Translations under genes and position numbers: made by a program | Source of the DNA: Kiritimatiellia bacterium | GTDB lineage: Bacteria > Verrucomicrobiota > Kiritimatiellia > RFP12 > UBA1067 | Length of the DNA stretch: 64,000 bases | Reading direction: 5' to 3' | Assembly: GCA_035449085.1 (NCBI GenBank) | Contig: DAOTKE010000001.1 | Coordinates: 1,232-65,231, forward strand | Notes under the pieces: generated by a model | What the model was told of the DNA's origin: nothing | The model's input: the letters and a program-made list of their open reading frames with translations, nothing else | Databases searched by the model: none | In this document: positions 1 through 9,537 of the stretch, piece by piece | Numbering within the stretch: the stretch's first letter is position 1 | Layout of the letters: every line of letters starts with the position of its first letter

Positions 1-1888
1 GGTAACGCGAGTAGAGGTTATTTTCATCAATGACCTGCCACCACCAGAACATCGGGATGCCGGCCAGCGGCACGCAGGCGCCAGTCCAGATGGCGGCATG
101 TTGTTCGATCATCAGATTTTCCAAACCGGTCGCCATGGCTGATCCGCCGAACTCGGTGATCATGATCGGTTTGTTATAGGCCGCACCAGCCTTGGCGGTT
201 CCGACCACCAGATCAATGATGAACTCCGGCGTGTCGGGGTGACGGTTGTTGTAGGCGTCAAGCGGATTGAAGTCCATCTCCGCCATTTCGCAGAGTACGG
301 GGTTCAGCAGCCGGTAGTCGTTGGAGACGTGGGCCGAGACCAAATGGCCGTAAACATCAATGCTCTTCAGATAGGCGCCGAGAATCCGGCACCATTCGAC
401 GACGGTGGGCTCGAAGTGGGTCTTATGGTGGGTTTCATGTCCGGTCAGGTTCAACTCGCTGCACAGCTCATATCCGAACACTGCCGGTGCCCAACCCCAG
501 CGGGCGTGTGTGTAACGACAGAAGCGGCGCTGCATCTCGATGGCACGCGCATCGCTGAAAAATTCAAGCGGAGCCTCTAGCCAGCCGCCGGGTGTTTTCT
601 TGTTGTAGGGATGCAGATGCCACTCGGGATCGCTCCAGGTGCTGATGCGTCCGTGGTAGTTCAGCACCAGGTTGATGTAGATGCGGTGCTGCAAGGCCAG
701 ATCGATCACACGGTCCAACTCCCACGCGTTTCCCATGTGATAGTCATTGGCGCCATGGTAGCCACTGATCCCTTCTGTCCATTCAAGGCCCAGCGACCAG
801 GCGCTCATCCAGACTTCGGCCATGTTTTCGCCGGCATCCTGCATGCGTTGGAAGTAGCGGCGGTAGGCGGTCGTCCCCTCCTCCTGACGCAAGACCCAAG
901 GGAACTTGTCATCCATACGCGCGTCGGTCGCCGAGCGTGTGTTGTGTCCGATCGGATAGAAAAGCGTTCCGTCATCGAACTCAAAATAGCGGCGGTCGGT
1001 GCGTGAGACGCGCACGAAACGCAGGGCGTCGGGCGCGGCCGGTGCCGCATCGAAGCTCAGGGCATTGGTGACCACCGTTTGGCCGAGCGCATCGCGCGCA
1101 TAGAGCGTGACGGTGTGGACGCCCGGTTCGCGCGGGCAATAGCGCAGCCGCCACTCAGGCAGGCCGTCCGGTTCGACCGGTTGTCCGAGTTCATCCTCCA
1201 GGCGGTAGTGGGACAGGTAATAGAACGCATGGATCTCGTTGGTCGTGCCTGACGGGGTGACGATCCGTGCGCCGGCATCGATTTCCGTCGGATCAAACGG
1301 ATTGGCATAACGGTCGGGCAAGGTGAAACCGGCCTCGAACAGGGCATAGGCACGCGGCACACGGCTCAGGGCGCGGGCCTTCGTGATGCGCGGGGCGTCG
1401 GTGGGCGGCTGCGTGTCGAGCGTGGCCGACACGAAGACGCACTTGCCGGTAAAGGCGGCGTCTGCGAAGACGCGGAAGCCGACGGACTGCGGGTTCAATC
1501 GGACACGATGGTGCCAGCCTACCGAGTGTCCGGGAGTCTGCCATCCTTTTGCACCCGGTTGGAAGGGGATCGTTAGGTCATTGGTGGCACCGGGTTTGAG
1601 ATGCTCCGCGACCACATGTTGGTGCCAGAAGTCGTCGCGGTCTTTGAGCCAGACCAGTGCGCCGGAATAGGGTGGCGCGCCTTCCGGCCACACCAGGCTG
1701 ATCCGCAATGACACTGCGGGCAACCACTGGGTCGGATGGGCCGTCGACAACGAAAAACTGTGCTCGCCGGGGAATGCGAGAGCCTGTTCGCAGGGCAAGC
1801 TCAGCGGCGAACCGTCACTTCCGGAAAGGTTCAACGGCACAGATTCGGCCGCCCCGGCAAACGCGGAGCAGACCAATAAGGCCAACAT
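1..1888 (-). CDS. Secreted glycoside hydrolase, GH5-like TIM barrel (DUF4038/DUF5060-type architecture); partial, 3' end beyond window start
   Basis: Manual reverse-strand translation gives a continuous frame from ATG at 1888 to the window edge; absent from ORF track because it runs off the edge. N-terminal signal peptide MLALLVCSAFAGAAES. GH5-like motifs: NYHGR, YELCSELN (acid/base region), ITEFGG (nucleophile Glu). Confidence 0.6.
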   Translation of the reverse strand, partial: MLALLVCSAFAGAAESVPLNLSGSDGSPLSLPCEQALAFPGEHSFSLSTAHPTQWLPAVSLRISLVWPEGAPPYSGALVWLKDRDDFWHQHVVAEHLKPGATNDLTIPFQPGAKGWQTPGHSVGWHHRVRLNPQSVGFRVFADAAFTGKCVFVSATLDTQPPTDAPRITKARALSRVPRAYALFEAGFTLPDRYANPFDPTEIDAGARIVTPSGTTNEIHAFYYLSHYRLEDELGQPVEPDGLPEWRLRYCPREPGVHTVTLYARDALGQTVVTNALSFDAAPAAPDALRFVRVSRTDRRYFEFDDGTLFYPIGHNTRSATDARMDDKFPWVLRQEEGTTAYRRYFQRMQDAGENMAEVWMSAWSLGLEWTEGISGYHGANDYHMGNAWELDRVIDLALQHRIYINLVLNYHGRISTWSDPEWHLHPYNKKTPGGWLEAPLEFFSDARAIEMQRRFCRYTHARWGWAPAVFGYELCSELNLTGHETHHKTHFEPTVVEWCRILGAYLKSIDVYGHLVSAHVSNDYRLLNPVLCEMAEMDFNPLDAYNNRHPDTPEFIIDLVVGTAKAGAAYNKPIMITEFGGSAMATGLENLMIEQHAAIWTGACVPLAGIPMFWWWQVIDENNLYSRY

Positions 1889-1951
1889 CCCCCCCAAGAT
1901 GTTATTAGATTGGATTGGCATTTCTGTGACGGTCAACAATACGCGCCCGGG

Positions 1952-2845
1952 TTATCCGCGCGTGGCGTCCATGACGCCACGGAAATACCCGATCGATTCG
2001 GCGATCCCCAGCAGCGGATCGGCCATGTCTTTTTCGTATTCCAGGCTGCAGACGCCGCTGTACTTGACCTTGCGCAACGCACGCACAAACGCGGGCACGT
2101 CGATCTGGCCGCGCGGCATCTCAATGCCCCGGCCCTTCTTGGTCGGCTCGGTCACGTTCTTGATGTGAATGTCGTGGACACGGTCGGCATAATTCAGCAG
2201 GGCATGGACGGGATCCTTGCCGTCGCGAAGCTGGTGACCGATATCGAGGCAAAGCCCCACACGCACATCCATGTCCCTGATGATCTCCATCGCGCTTTCT
2301 GCGGTGGGGAACAGCTCCGGCATATCGGGGCCGTGGTTGTGGATCGCGTACTTGATATCGTACTCTTTGACCTTTTGATGGATGAGCGCCAGCAGTTCCG
2401 GCGAGGCGACTCGCTTTTTCTCAATCATCTTGAAAGGAACGCCGACCAACGTCTTAACGCCCACGCGTTTCGCGTAATCGAAGGCATTGTTGACTTCCTG
2501 CTCGCTGCCCATGTAGATCGGGCCTACGCCATATCCGGTGACGCCGGCGCTCTTGCAGGTCTCGTGGAAGGCCGCGATCTCCTCGTCGGTACTCTTCAGC
2601 GGCAGGTGGAAATCCTTGATGCACAGATAGTGGACATCGACGCGCTTCATCATCTCAAGCGTCTGGTCCAGCTTGAACTTGTGGAAAGTATATCCCGCGA
2701 TGCCGAGGCGGAAAGTGTCCCCCGGCTTGTCGGTCGCCGGAGCGGCGGCCTGCGCATGGGCACGTTCCGTCAACAACACCGGCGTGCCAGCCGCCGCAGC
2801 CAAACCAAGACCCGCCTGTTTGAAGAATGAACGCCGAGTTGTCAT
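1952..2845 (-). CDS. Sugar phosphate isomerase/epimerase (xylose-isomerase-like TIM barrel), Tat-exported
   Basis: 297 aa ORF. Twin-arginine signal MTTRRSFFKQAGLGLAAAAG. Motifs HNHG and LDIGH typical of xylose-isomerase-like TIM barrel family. Confidence 0.8.
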   Translation of the reverse strand: MTTRRSFFKQAGLGLAAAAGTPVLLTERAHAQAAAPATDKPGDTFRLGIAGYTFHKFKLDQTLEMMKRVDVHYLCIKDFHLPLKSTDEEIAAFHETCKSAGVTGYGVGPIYMGSEQEVNNAFDYAKRVGVKTLVGVPFKMIEKKRVASPELLALIHQKVKEYDIKYAIHNHGPDMPELFPTAESAMEIIRDMDVRVGLCLDIGHQLRDGKDPVHALLNYADRVHDIHIKNVTEPTKKGRGIEMPRGQIDVPAFVRALRKVKYSGVCSLEYEKDMADPLLGIAESIGYFRGVMDATRG

Positions 2846-2928
2846 CCGAAACCTCCCATATGGCTAGAACAGCCCAGAAAACAATGCCGCGTGCACCTTC
2901 CCCGGCGCACACCGTGTGCCTAAAAAAA

Positions 2929-3002
2929 TGGAGCGGGCGATGGGAATCGAACCCACGTAAGAAGCTTGGGAAGCTCCTATTCTGCCATTGAATTACGCCC
3001 GC
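2929..3002 (-). tRNA. tRNA-Gly (anticodon CCC)
   Basis: Reverse complement GCGGGCGTAATTCAATGGCAGAATAGGAGCTTCCCAAGCTTCTTACGTGGGTTCGATTCCCATCGCCCGCTCCA folds as a cloverleaf: 7-bp acceptor stem GCGGGCG/CGCCCGC, D-stem ATTC/GAAT, anticodon stem GGAGC/GCTTC with loop TTCCCAA (anticodon CCC), T-loop TTCGATT, encoded CCA. Confidence 0.85.
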
Positions 3003-3289
3003 AGAAATGATGAAGACAATGTACCAAATTTTTGCGGACGGTCAAAGGCGATTTTTCAAATAAGAAAAAGGCGCATCCCCAGTTCACTGATTTCTGTTTG
3101 CCGGCTTCGGGATGGGAAGGCCGGAAACCGGCGAATGCCGGCAAGCATCCCGATCAGCTTTCAAGTTATGGACGAGATGACGAAGACACCTGGCCGGACT
3201 AAATCATCATCCTGATCTTAATCGGCCCCGCAGGCAAAGGCCTGGCGTCATGCGTTAAATTTAAGATGCGTCGGCCCTGACGCGTCGGT

Positions 3290-3318
3290 TTGACCAAAGG
3301 TATGGGGCCGCGTATAAT
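3290..3318 (+). promoter_or_regulatory. Near-consensus sigma70 promoter (TTGACC-17 bp-TATAAT) for the giant surface-protein gene
   Basis: TTGACC at 3290-3295, 17-nt spacer, TATAAT at 3313-3318, in an AT-richer island ~140 nt upstream of ATG 3458. Confidence 0.5.
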
Positions 3319-3457
3319 GGGAGGCAAATGTTAGCGAGTGTTTGACCTAAGTGGATGGTCTGTTTTCCTGCGTAGAGTGACGAAGAGGGGCGGGCCGGGA
3401 AAAACGGCTCGCATCAACGGGATCATTCCCTCGTCTGAAAAGTGAAAGGTGCTTAAC

Positions 3458-4144
3458 ATGAGGAAGACGTTAGTTTTCGTGTGCGCGTGCATGGCGTGTT
3501 CTGCGGCGTTCGCAGATACGGTCGACCCGGAGTACCGGGTGCAGTGGCTGACCTCCGTGACGGAGGGTTATTACAATGCCGCCGAAAACTGGACGGGCGG
3601 AGAGGTGCCGGCAAACGGAATCGACGGGAAGTACGGCTACATCAACTTTCAGGCCAACGATGTGACGGTCAAAGCGCCCGCAGAGGGCCTCGTCGAGAAC
3701 TCGGGGTCGATCTTCCTTGGCACTGGCAGCGGTACGCATACGCTCACGCTTGATACGCGCGGCACCTACTGGGAGAAAACGGGCGTTCTACCAATGACTG
3801 GTGGGGGTCGCCGTTTGCCGCGAATCTCACGGGCGCGCATGTCTTTAACTTCGAGAGCCTTTCCAAGGAGGCGAACGCGGACCGCGTCTGGCGTTTCGAC
3901 GACGCGCTCTTCACATGGAAGTCGACGGGGACAACGAAACAGGAGTTCGACCTCTGGTGCGGGACACTTGATTTCGGCAAACCGCTTTACCTTGGGTCAA
4001 ATGGCGGCGCAGTCGACTTCACCATCCATCCGGAGGCGACGCTCAGCAGTACGGCCGCGTTCCAGCAGCGCGGTAATGCCGCCACGCACACCACGTTTCT
4101 GGGGGGGCACCACTCGCTCTATGGCATCTATCTCAAAGACTTGA
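3458..4144 (+). CDS. N-terminal fragment (signal peptide plus first ~105 aa) of a giant autotransporter-associated beta-strand-repeat (PATR) surface protein; frame is lost around 3772-3790
   Basis: ATG 3458 with RBS AAAGGTG. Signal peptide MRKTLVFVCACMACSAAFA. Translation is protein-like up to ...LDTRGTYWEKTG, then becomes Arg-rich nonsense. The continuing sense is in the frame of ORF 4141..7512, which is open from 3754. Confidence 0.55.
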   Translation: MRKTLVFVCACMACSAAFADTVDPEYRVQWLTSVTEGYYNAAENWTGGEVPANGIDGKYGYINFQANDVTVKAPAEGLVENSGSIFLGTGSGTHTLTLDTRGTYWEKTGVLPMTGGGRRLPRISRARMSLTSRAFPRRRTRTASGVSTTRSSHGSRRGQRNRSSTSGAGHLISANRFTLGQMAAQSTSPSIRRRRSAVRPRSSSAVMPPRTPRFWGGTTRSMASISKT

Positions 4145-7100
4145 ACGCCCACGACGGCCGCACCTGGATGCATATCACCAATGACGCGGTGGTTGTTTCG
4201 CGGAACGGGCTTTTTCTCGGACACCGCACCTATCAGAACAGCTTGGGACAGTCAGTCGGTCTATTGGATCTCACCTGTACCGCGCGCATGGAAGTCACGA
4301 ACAATGTGGTGCTCGGTGCGGGCCGCATGGGCGACACTTACGTCAATCTGTGCAACGAGGGCCGCATTGACATCCGCGACAACGCATCGTTCTATTCGCA
4401 CAATAACGTCAACTTCGGGAACACGCAATGCTCCACCGGCGTTGTGACGGTGGCTGGCCACGGCTCCTTCTCCGGCGCGGTCAATTTCTACATGGGGATG
4501 TCCTCGAACGCTGTGGGGCGTCTCGTGGTGCAGGACGATGCCTCAGTGTATTGCGGCGGTGTGCTCTACATGGGGAATGCGAAGCAGGCGCAGGGGTTTG
4601 TCATGCTCAAGGACCGCGCCACGCTTTCAATCAGTCCCGTCATCGGCAACTGGCTGTGTCTGGCGCCCAACCAACAGGACGCCCATGGCCGCTTTGAGGC
4701 GACGGACGACGCGGTGGTGACGCTCGGCAATGCGTCCTCGGTCGAGATGACGATGGGGGGCACCTCGCGCGCGGAACTCATCCTTTCGGGCAACGCGCAA
4801 TGGCTTGGCGGCACGGAAACAGCCGTCACGAACAAGAGCACGATCGTCGGGAACACGTCCGTCTCGCTTTCTTCCAACGCGCGTCTTTCCGTACGCGCCG
4901 TGTACGGCGGCTCGCCCGAGGATGGCTCGCCGGTGATGACGTTCACGGCGGACGGCGGCACGCTCACTTTTTCCGGCAATTCCATGCCGCCGGTTCCGTT
5001 CATGAGCGGGTGTGTGGCAAGGCTCGGCGCGAACGGCCTGACGGTCGATTCGAAGGGCTTTGCCATGACGTTCGATCAAGCGTTCACGGCGGTGGAAGGC
5101 GCCGCGTCCGCGACCTTCACGAAGACCGGTCATGGCACGCTCACGGTGACGCGTAACTCCTCGCACCCGCGGACCGTCCTCGCGCAGGGCGCGCTCGCAT
5201 TCGTGAATGCCGACTCGCGCTTCGGCAATGTGCTCGAAATCGCCGAAGGCGCGCGTCTTGTGCTCGCGGATCCCTCGGCGTCCATTGCGGCGGACGCGAT
5301 CACCTTTGAGGGTGACCTGCTGATCGACGTGCCGCCGGACTACACGCTCGATGCGATGCACGCAATCCTCGTGCTCGAGACGGCGCTTACAGCGGAGCAG
5401 TTGGCGAAAATTGCGGTGGGCAATCCGGCGAAAGGGCGGAACTATGCGTTCACCCTGAGCGAGGACGGGCGGACCGTGAGCGTGACGGTGACCGCGGCGA
5501 CCGCGGGTGCCTATACCTGGAGCGCCGGAACGGGGGCTTGGCATGTCTCCGACAACTGGACGCCGACGGGCGTGCCCACGCACAACGACGTGGCTACGGT
5601 GGCCTCGGGGGCCGAGATCGTGATGGACGCGGCGGGTATGGTGGGCTCGCTCGCCGTGGAGGGGACGGCCCCTGTGGCGGTCTCGGGCGATGAGACGCTT
5701 TACGTGGCGGAAAATATCTCCGTGGTTGCGGATGGTTCGCTCACGGTCTCCGCGCCGGTACGCAGCGCGTTGACGCTGGTGAAGGACGGCTCCGGCACGC
5801 TCACGTTGGCCGGCGCCAATCAGGCGACGATGTCCGGAGACTGGAGGCTCAACCGCGGCGTGACGGCGTTTGCCTCGGCTGCGGCGCTTGGCGCGGACTC
5901 TTCCAGCGACTCCGCGATCACGATCAGCAATTGCACGTTCCGCTACACGGGAGAGGCGGCGTCTATCCTGCGTCCGCTGCGCATCGCGGGCGACTACTGC
6001 GCGGTGCTGGACATCGTGGGCGACCTCACGTTCAACGGTGTGCAGGTCAACTATGACAACACGTCCGGCGGCGGCATCGTGAAGACGGGCGCGGGCACCC
6101 TGACGCTCAACGTGCCCGCAGGCACGACCTCCCTTTCCGTGCGCGGCGCGACGGGGCGCGGGAGCAATCAGGACGTGAGCGGTACGTTCGCGCCGTCGAA
6201 CGGCGAGGTCTCGAACTGGAATGGTTTGGGACAGTTCTCGGTCTTGGATGGCAAGGTGCTTATCCAGGGGAAAGGCAAGAGTGCCTCCACCGTGAGGCAG
6301 AAGCACCACGGTTCCGTTGGCGGTAGCGGCTGGAACACCACCGTGGCGCCGGAGCTTTACCTGAAGGATGTCACCTGCGAGATGGGTAGCGGCAGCGGGT
6401 TCCACACCCTCATGGACGTGCAGATCAAGCAGGGGAGCCCTGCCTCGAAGCTGATTCTTGACAACGCGAACCTCACGGCGAACGGCCTCTACGTCGGTCA
6501 CAGCAAACTGAGCGGCAACACCGACACGCCGAAACCGTTGCTCGCGATCACGAACAGTACACTGGACATCACTTGGCAGTTTACGGCGCCGAACAATAGC
6601 GGCATGGAGCCGGTGATTCGTATCGGCCCGGGGGGACTGTTGCGTCGCGCCAGCTCCACGGTGGCAGGCGGTGTGATGTTCAACCACAAGCTGGACGTGC
6701 GCGTGGAGGACGGCGGCGCGATCGAAGTGGCCTCGCCGCAGAACCTCTATCTGGGTAGTAGCGCTGCGGGCGATCTGGTTCTCGCAAACGGCGGGGGCAT
6801 GAAGGTGCACCGCTTCCTCGCGCGCAATGGCGGCACGACGGCGGCGGTCGCGTTCGATGGTGGCTATGCGCAGTTCACGCTGAACGGCGGCATCTCGACG
6901 GTGGTGAATCCCGCGACGACCTGTTTCCGCGCTGATGCGGGCGGTGGTGAACTTGTGGCCGCGGCGGGTGTTTCCCATGCCCTTGCGATTCCGCTACGTG
7001 GTACGGGCAGCTTCACAAAAACCGGGGCGGGCACACTCGTGTTCACAAATGACCTGAACGTTACAGTGGTGGACAATGTGCCTGTCTACTCGGAGTTGGA

Positions 7101-7512
7101 CTCGACGACGGTGAAGATCGCGAACGGTGGCGGTCTCAAGATCGCCGAGGGTACTGTGCGGTGTGTCGCGGGCACGACGGACGCCGCCAGCCGCTTTTCC
7201 GGCACGGGTACGCTCTCGGGCGCTTTCGGCACGCTCACACTCGATGTCGACGCAAACGCGACGAACGGCCTCACGTTCGCGGATCTCACGGCCGTGCAAG
7301 TGGTCGTCGACTTCGGGCGCACGGCCGCGAGCCCCGTTCCGGCAGGCGGCAGCGCGGTCGTCGCGAAGATCGGGGCAGGCACCTCGTTCACGGGTATGGG
7401 CTGGAAGGGTGTGAATCTCGGCTCCGACAGGGTGGCGGAGTTCCGGTGCGATGCGAATGGCGTCGTCACGGCGCATTTCCGCAGCACCGGCCTCGCGATG
7501 TATATCCGTTGA
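4141..7512 (+). CDS. Giant PATR (autotransporter-associated beta strand repeat) secreted protein, main body; continuation of 3458..4144 after an apparent frameshift
   Basis: 1123 aa. Repeated G-[ST]-G-T-L-T-L/V modules (TKTGHGTLTVT, VKDGSGTLTLAG, VKTGAGTLTLNV, TKTGAGTLVFTN). This frame is already open and protein-like from 3754 (STNDWWGSPFAANLTGAHVFNFES...) but has no start codon before the TTG at 4141. Confidence 0.7.
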   Translation: MNAHDGRTWMHITNDAVVVSRNGLFLGHRTYQNSLGQSVGLLDLTCTARMEVTNNVVLGAGRMGDTYVNLCNEGRIDIRDNASFYSHNNVNFGNTQCSTGVVTVAGHGSFSGAVNFYMGMSSNAVGRLVVQDDASVYCGGVLYMGNAKQAQGFVMLKDRATLSISPVIGNWLCLAPNQQDAHGRFEATDDAVVTLGNASSVEMTMGGTSRAELILSGNAQWLGGTETAVTNKSTIVGNTSVSLSSNARLSVRAVYGGSPEDGSPVMTFTADGGTLTFSGNSMPPVPFMSGCVARLGANGLTVDSKGFAMTFDQAFTAVEGAASATFTKTGHGTLTVTRNSSHPRTVLAQGALAFVNADSRFGNVLEIAEGARLVLADPSASIAADAITFEGDLLIDVPPDYTLDAMHAILVLETALTAEQLAKIAVGNPAKGRNYAFTLSEDGRTVSVTVTAATAGAYTWSAGTGAWHVSDNWTPTGVPTHNDVATVASGAEIVMDAAGMVGSLAVEGTAPVAVSGDETLYVAENISVVADGSLTVSAPVRSALTLVKDGSGTLTLAGANQATMSGDWRLNRGVTAFASAAALGADSSSDSAITISNCTFRYTGEAASILRPLRIAGDYCAVLDIVGDLTFNGVQVNYDNTSGGGIVKTGAGTLTLNVPAGTTSLSVRGATGRGSNQDVSGTFAPSNGEVSNWNGLGQFSVLDGKVLIQGKGKSASTVRQKHHGSVGGSGWNTTVAPELYLKDVTCEMGSGSGFHTLMDVQIKQGSPASKLILDNANLTANGLYVGHSKLSGNTDTPKPLLAITNSTLDITWQFTAPNNSGMEPVIRIGPGGLLRRASSTVAGGVMFNHKLDVRVEDGGAIEVASPQNLYLGSSAAGDLVLANGGGMKVHRFLARNGGTTAAVAFDGGYAQFTLNGGISTVVNPATTCFRADAGGGELVAAAGVSHALAIPLRGTGSFTKTGAGTLVFTNDLNVTVVDNVPVYSELDSTTVKIANGGGLKIAEGTVRCVAGTTDAASRFSGTGTLSGAFGTLTLDVDANATNGLTFADLTAVQVVVDFGRTAASPVPAGGSAVVAKIGAGTSFTGMGWKGVNLGSDRVAEFRCDANGVVTAHFRSTGLAMYIR

Positions 7513-7645
7513 GAAAAAGGCGCGTCATGGGCGGCTTGCCCATGCCGGGGGGTTGGTTCTTTCGGGTGAGTGGCAGGGGCGTCTTGCTCATGATGTTCAC
7601 AGGCGTGGCGCCCGGACATACACAAGACAATAGGCTCTGTGAGCG

Positions 7646-7690
7646 ACGGAGGGTGGATGGGGTTGCCGATCCACCCTCCGTATCTTTCTT
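7646..7690 (+). terminator. Rho-independent-like terminator downstream of giant surface-protein gene
   Basis: Perfect 13-bp stem ACGGAGGGTGGAT/ATCCACCCTCCGT with 10-nt loop (7646-7681), followed by T-rich TATCTTTCTT. A smaller hairpin CATGGGC-GGCTT-GCCCATG lies at 7526-7544. Confidence 0.5.
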
Positions 7691-7863
7691 CGCCCAACGG
7701 GTCCCCTTTTGAGATTTGGAGAGGTGCCCAGGCAAAAAAAGGCCGACCATAAACTATTTTTGGGGTGTTTTTTTCTGATGGCGGTCGGGAAAAATCTATG
7801 TAACATCTTGATAAAAGCCAATTTATGATTAATTTTCAGGGTGTGTCAAAACGTGATTTGCTA

Positions 7864-7892
7864 TTGACTTGTGGTGGGGAAAAGTGTTGAAT
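7864..7892 (+). promoter_or_regulatory. Candidate dcw-cluster promoter (Pmra) upstream of mraZ
   Basis: TTGACT (7864-7869), 17-bp spacer, TTGAAT (7887-7892), in a 250-bp AT-rich island. Direct repeats GTGTCAAAA at ~7843 and ~7895 could be MraZ operator repeats. Confidence 0.35.
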
Positions 7893-7913
7893 GGTGTCAA
7901 AAAGGGTCAAGGT

Positions 7914-8393
7914 ATGTCTTTTGCGGGTGGACAGAGTGTGGCGGCGGCCGCCGGACCGGGATTACTGGTCGGGCGGTTTGACCACGCTTTGGACCCCAAG
8001 AAGCGGTTGACCGTGCCCTCGGGCTGGCGCGACCTGATGGGGTCACCGGCCTACGTGTATGTGTTTCCCGACCCGAATGAGCGGTGTCTGAACCTGATCC
8101 CTCCGGCAGAGATGGAGGGGCGGCTGGAGAAGTTGCGGCAGCGGTCGCTCTTCGACAAGCGCGCGGGCGAGGCGCTGAGGGTGTTCGGCGAGAATGCCGA
8201 GCAGGCGGTGCTGGACGTGCAGGGGCGGATCCGTATCCGGGATCGGCTGCTCGCCTTTGCCGGGCTGAGCAGCAAGGTGGTGATGATCGGCGCGATGAAC
8301 CGTGTCCAGATCTGGTCGCCTGAATTGCGGCCGGAATCGGAGACGGTGGATCAGGCGGCATTGGCCGCCGCGTGCGAGACCCTGGAGTTCTAG
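7914..8393 (+). CDS. mraZ: Transcriptional regulator MraZ
   Basis: GRFDHALDPKKRLTVPSGWRDLMG matches the MraZ N-terminal DxxxR/KGR repeat; a second repeat VQGRIRIRDRLL follows. ~150 aa. First gene of the dcw cluster. Start taken at ATG 7914; the ORF is open from TTG 7869. Confidence 0.7.
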   Translation: MSFAGGQSVAAAAGPGLLVGRFDHALDPKKRLTVPSGWRDLMGSPAYVYVFPDPNERCLNLIPPAEMEGRLEKLRQRSLFDKRAGEALRVFGENAEQAVLDVQGRIRIRDRLLAFAGLSSKVVMIGAMNRVQIWSPELRPESETVDQAALAAACETLEF

Positions 8394-8537
8394 CGGCGTC
8401 CGGCGGATGCCGGCGTGTGTTGACAAGTGATTTGGATCGCGGGCATGGCGTACCCGTCCGGAGGACGGACGCGTGTTCCAGGCGGGGCCGTTCTGCCGCG
8501 CGATCATTGTTTGGAATGGATTCAGTCTGGAGGGACG

Positions 8538-9488
8538 ATGCACCTGCCGGTGTTGCTGCAGGAGACGATGGACGCCCTGGCGGTGGTTCCCGGCGGCAGC
8601 TACATCGACGGAACACTCGGCGGTGCGGGCCACGCGGCGGAGATCCTGAGACGCGCGGGACCGGCCGGACGGTTGCTGGGGATCGACAAGGACGTGTCGG
8701 CCCTGGAGCGTTCGGCGGCGCGGCTGTCGGTGTTGTCTGGCGAGAAGGTGTTGGCGCACGGGGCTCATGGCGAGCTGCGGCGCCTGGCCGAGGCGAACGG
8801 GTTTGCGGCAGTGGACGGCGTGCTGTTGGACCTGGGCGTGTCATCCGATCAGCTCGACACGCCCGGGCGGGGGTTCAGCTTCCGGTTTGACGGACCCCTG
8901 GACATGCGCATGGATACGACTCGGGGGGAGTCGGCGGCCGACCTGCTGGCAAGGCTGGACGTGCAGTCCCTTGCAGACGTTTTTTGGAGGCTCGGCGAGG
9001 AGTCGCGCGCGCGGCGCATCGCGCAGGCGATCGTACACGCGCAGCGTCAGTCGCCGATCATGACGACCGGTCGGCTGGCGCAGGTGGTGGCGGATGCCGT
9101 GGGCGGACGCAGCGGGCCGCGGCATCCGGCGACGCGCGTGTTTCAGGCGTTGCGCATGGCGGTGAACCGGGAGCTGGAGGATTTGGAACAGGCGCTGGAG
9201 GACGGGTTGCAGCTCCTCAAGCCGGGCGGACGCATGGCGGTGATCACGTTTGAGAGCATCACCGACCGCCTGGTCAAGCAGCGGTTTGCGGCGCATGCGG
9301 GGCGTTGGGTCTCCCTGCAGCAGGGCGGCGAGCGCTGGGAAGGCGAGGAGCCGGCTGTGACGCGGGTGACGCGACACCCGGTGGAGGCGGGGCCCGAAGA
9401 GTTGGCGGCCAATCCCCGGGCGCGCTCGGCGAAATTGAGGGTCGTGCAGCGTTGCGAGACGCCGGTGCGCGGCGGAACGAAAGTGTGA
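8538..9488 (+). CDS. rsmH: 16S rRNA (cytosine1402-N4)-methyltransferase RsmH (MraW)
   Basis: MHLPVLLQETMDAL..GGSYIDGTLGGAGHA is the hallmark RsmH N-terminus. Lies downstream of mraZ. ATG 8538 with RBS GGAGGGACG. Confidence 0.9.
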   Translation: MHLPVLLQETMDALAVVPGGSYIDGTLGGAGHAAEILRRAGPAGRLLGIDKDVSALERSAARLSVLSGEKVLAHGAHGELRRLAEANGFAAVDGVLLDLGVSSDQLDTPGRGFSFRFDGPLDMRMDTTRGESAADLLARLDVQSLADVFWRLGEESRARRIAQAIVHAQRQSPIMTTGRLAQVVADAVGGRSGPRHPATRVFQALRMAVNRELEDLEQALEDGLQLLKPGGRMAVITFESITDRLVKQRFAAHAGRWVSLQQGGERWEGEEPAVTRVTRHPVEAGPEELAANPRARSAKLRVVQRCETPVRGGTKV

Positions 9489-9537
9489 CGGACAAACGAT
9501 TGGATGGAATGAACCACAGCCCACAGGAGGGTGTGCG

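Noticed and set aside
4627-6978. 783-aa minus-strand ORF overlapping the giant PATR gene
   Set aside because: Arg/His-rich low-complexity translation typical of an antisense shadow in high-GC DNA; the plus-strand frame has clear repeat-domain structure.
7897-8844. 315-aa minus ORF across mraZ/rsmH
   Set aside because: Pro/Arg-rich antisense shadow of two well-supported genes.
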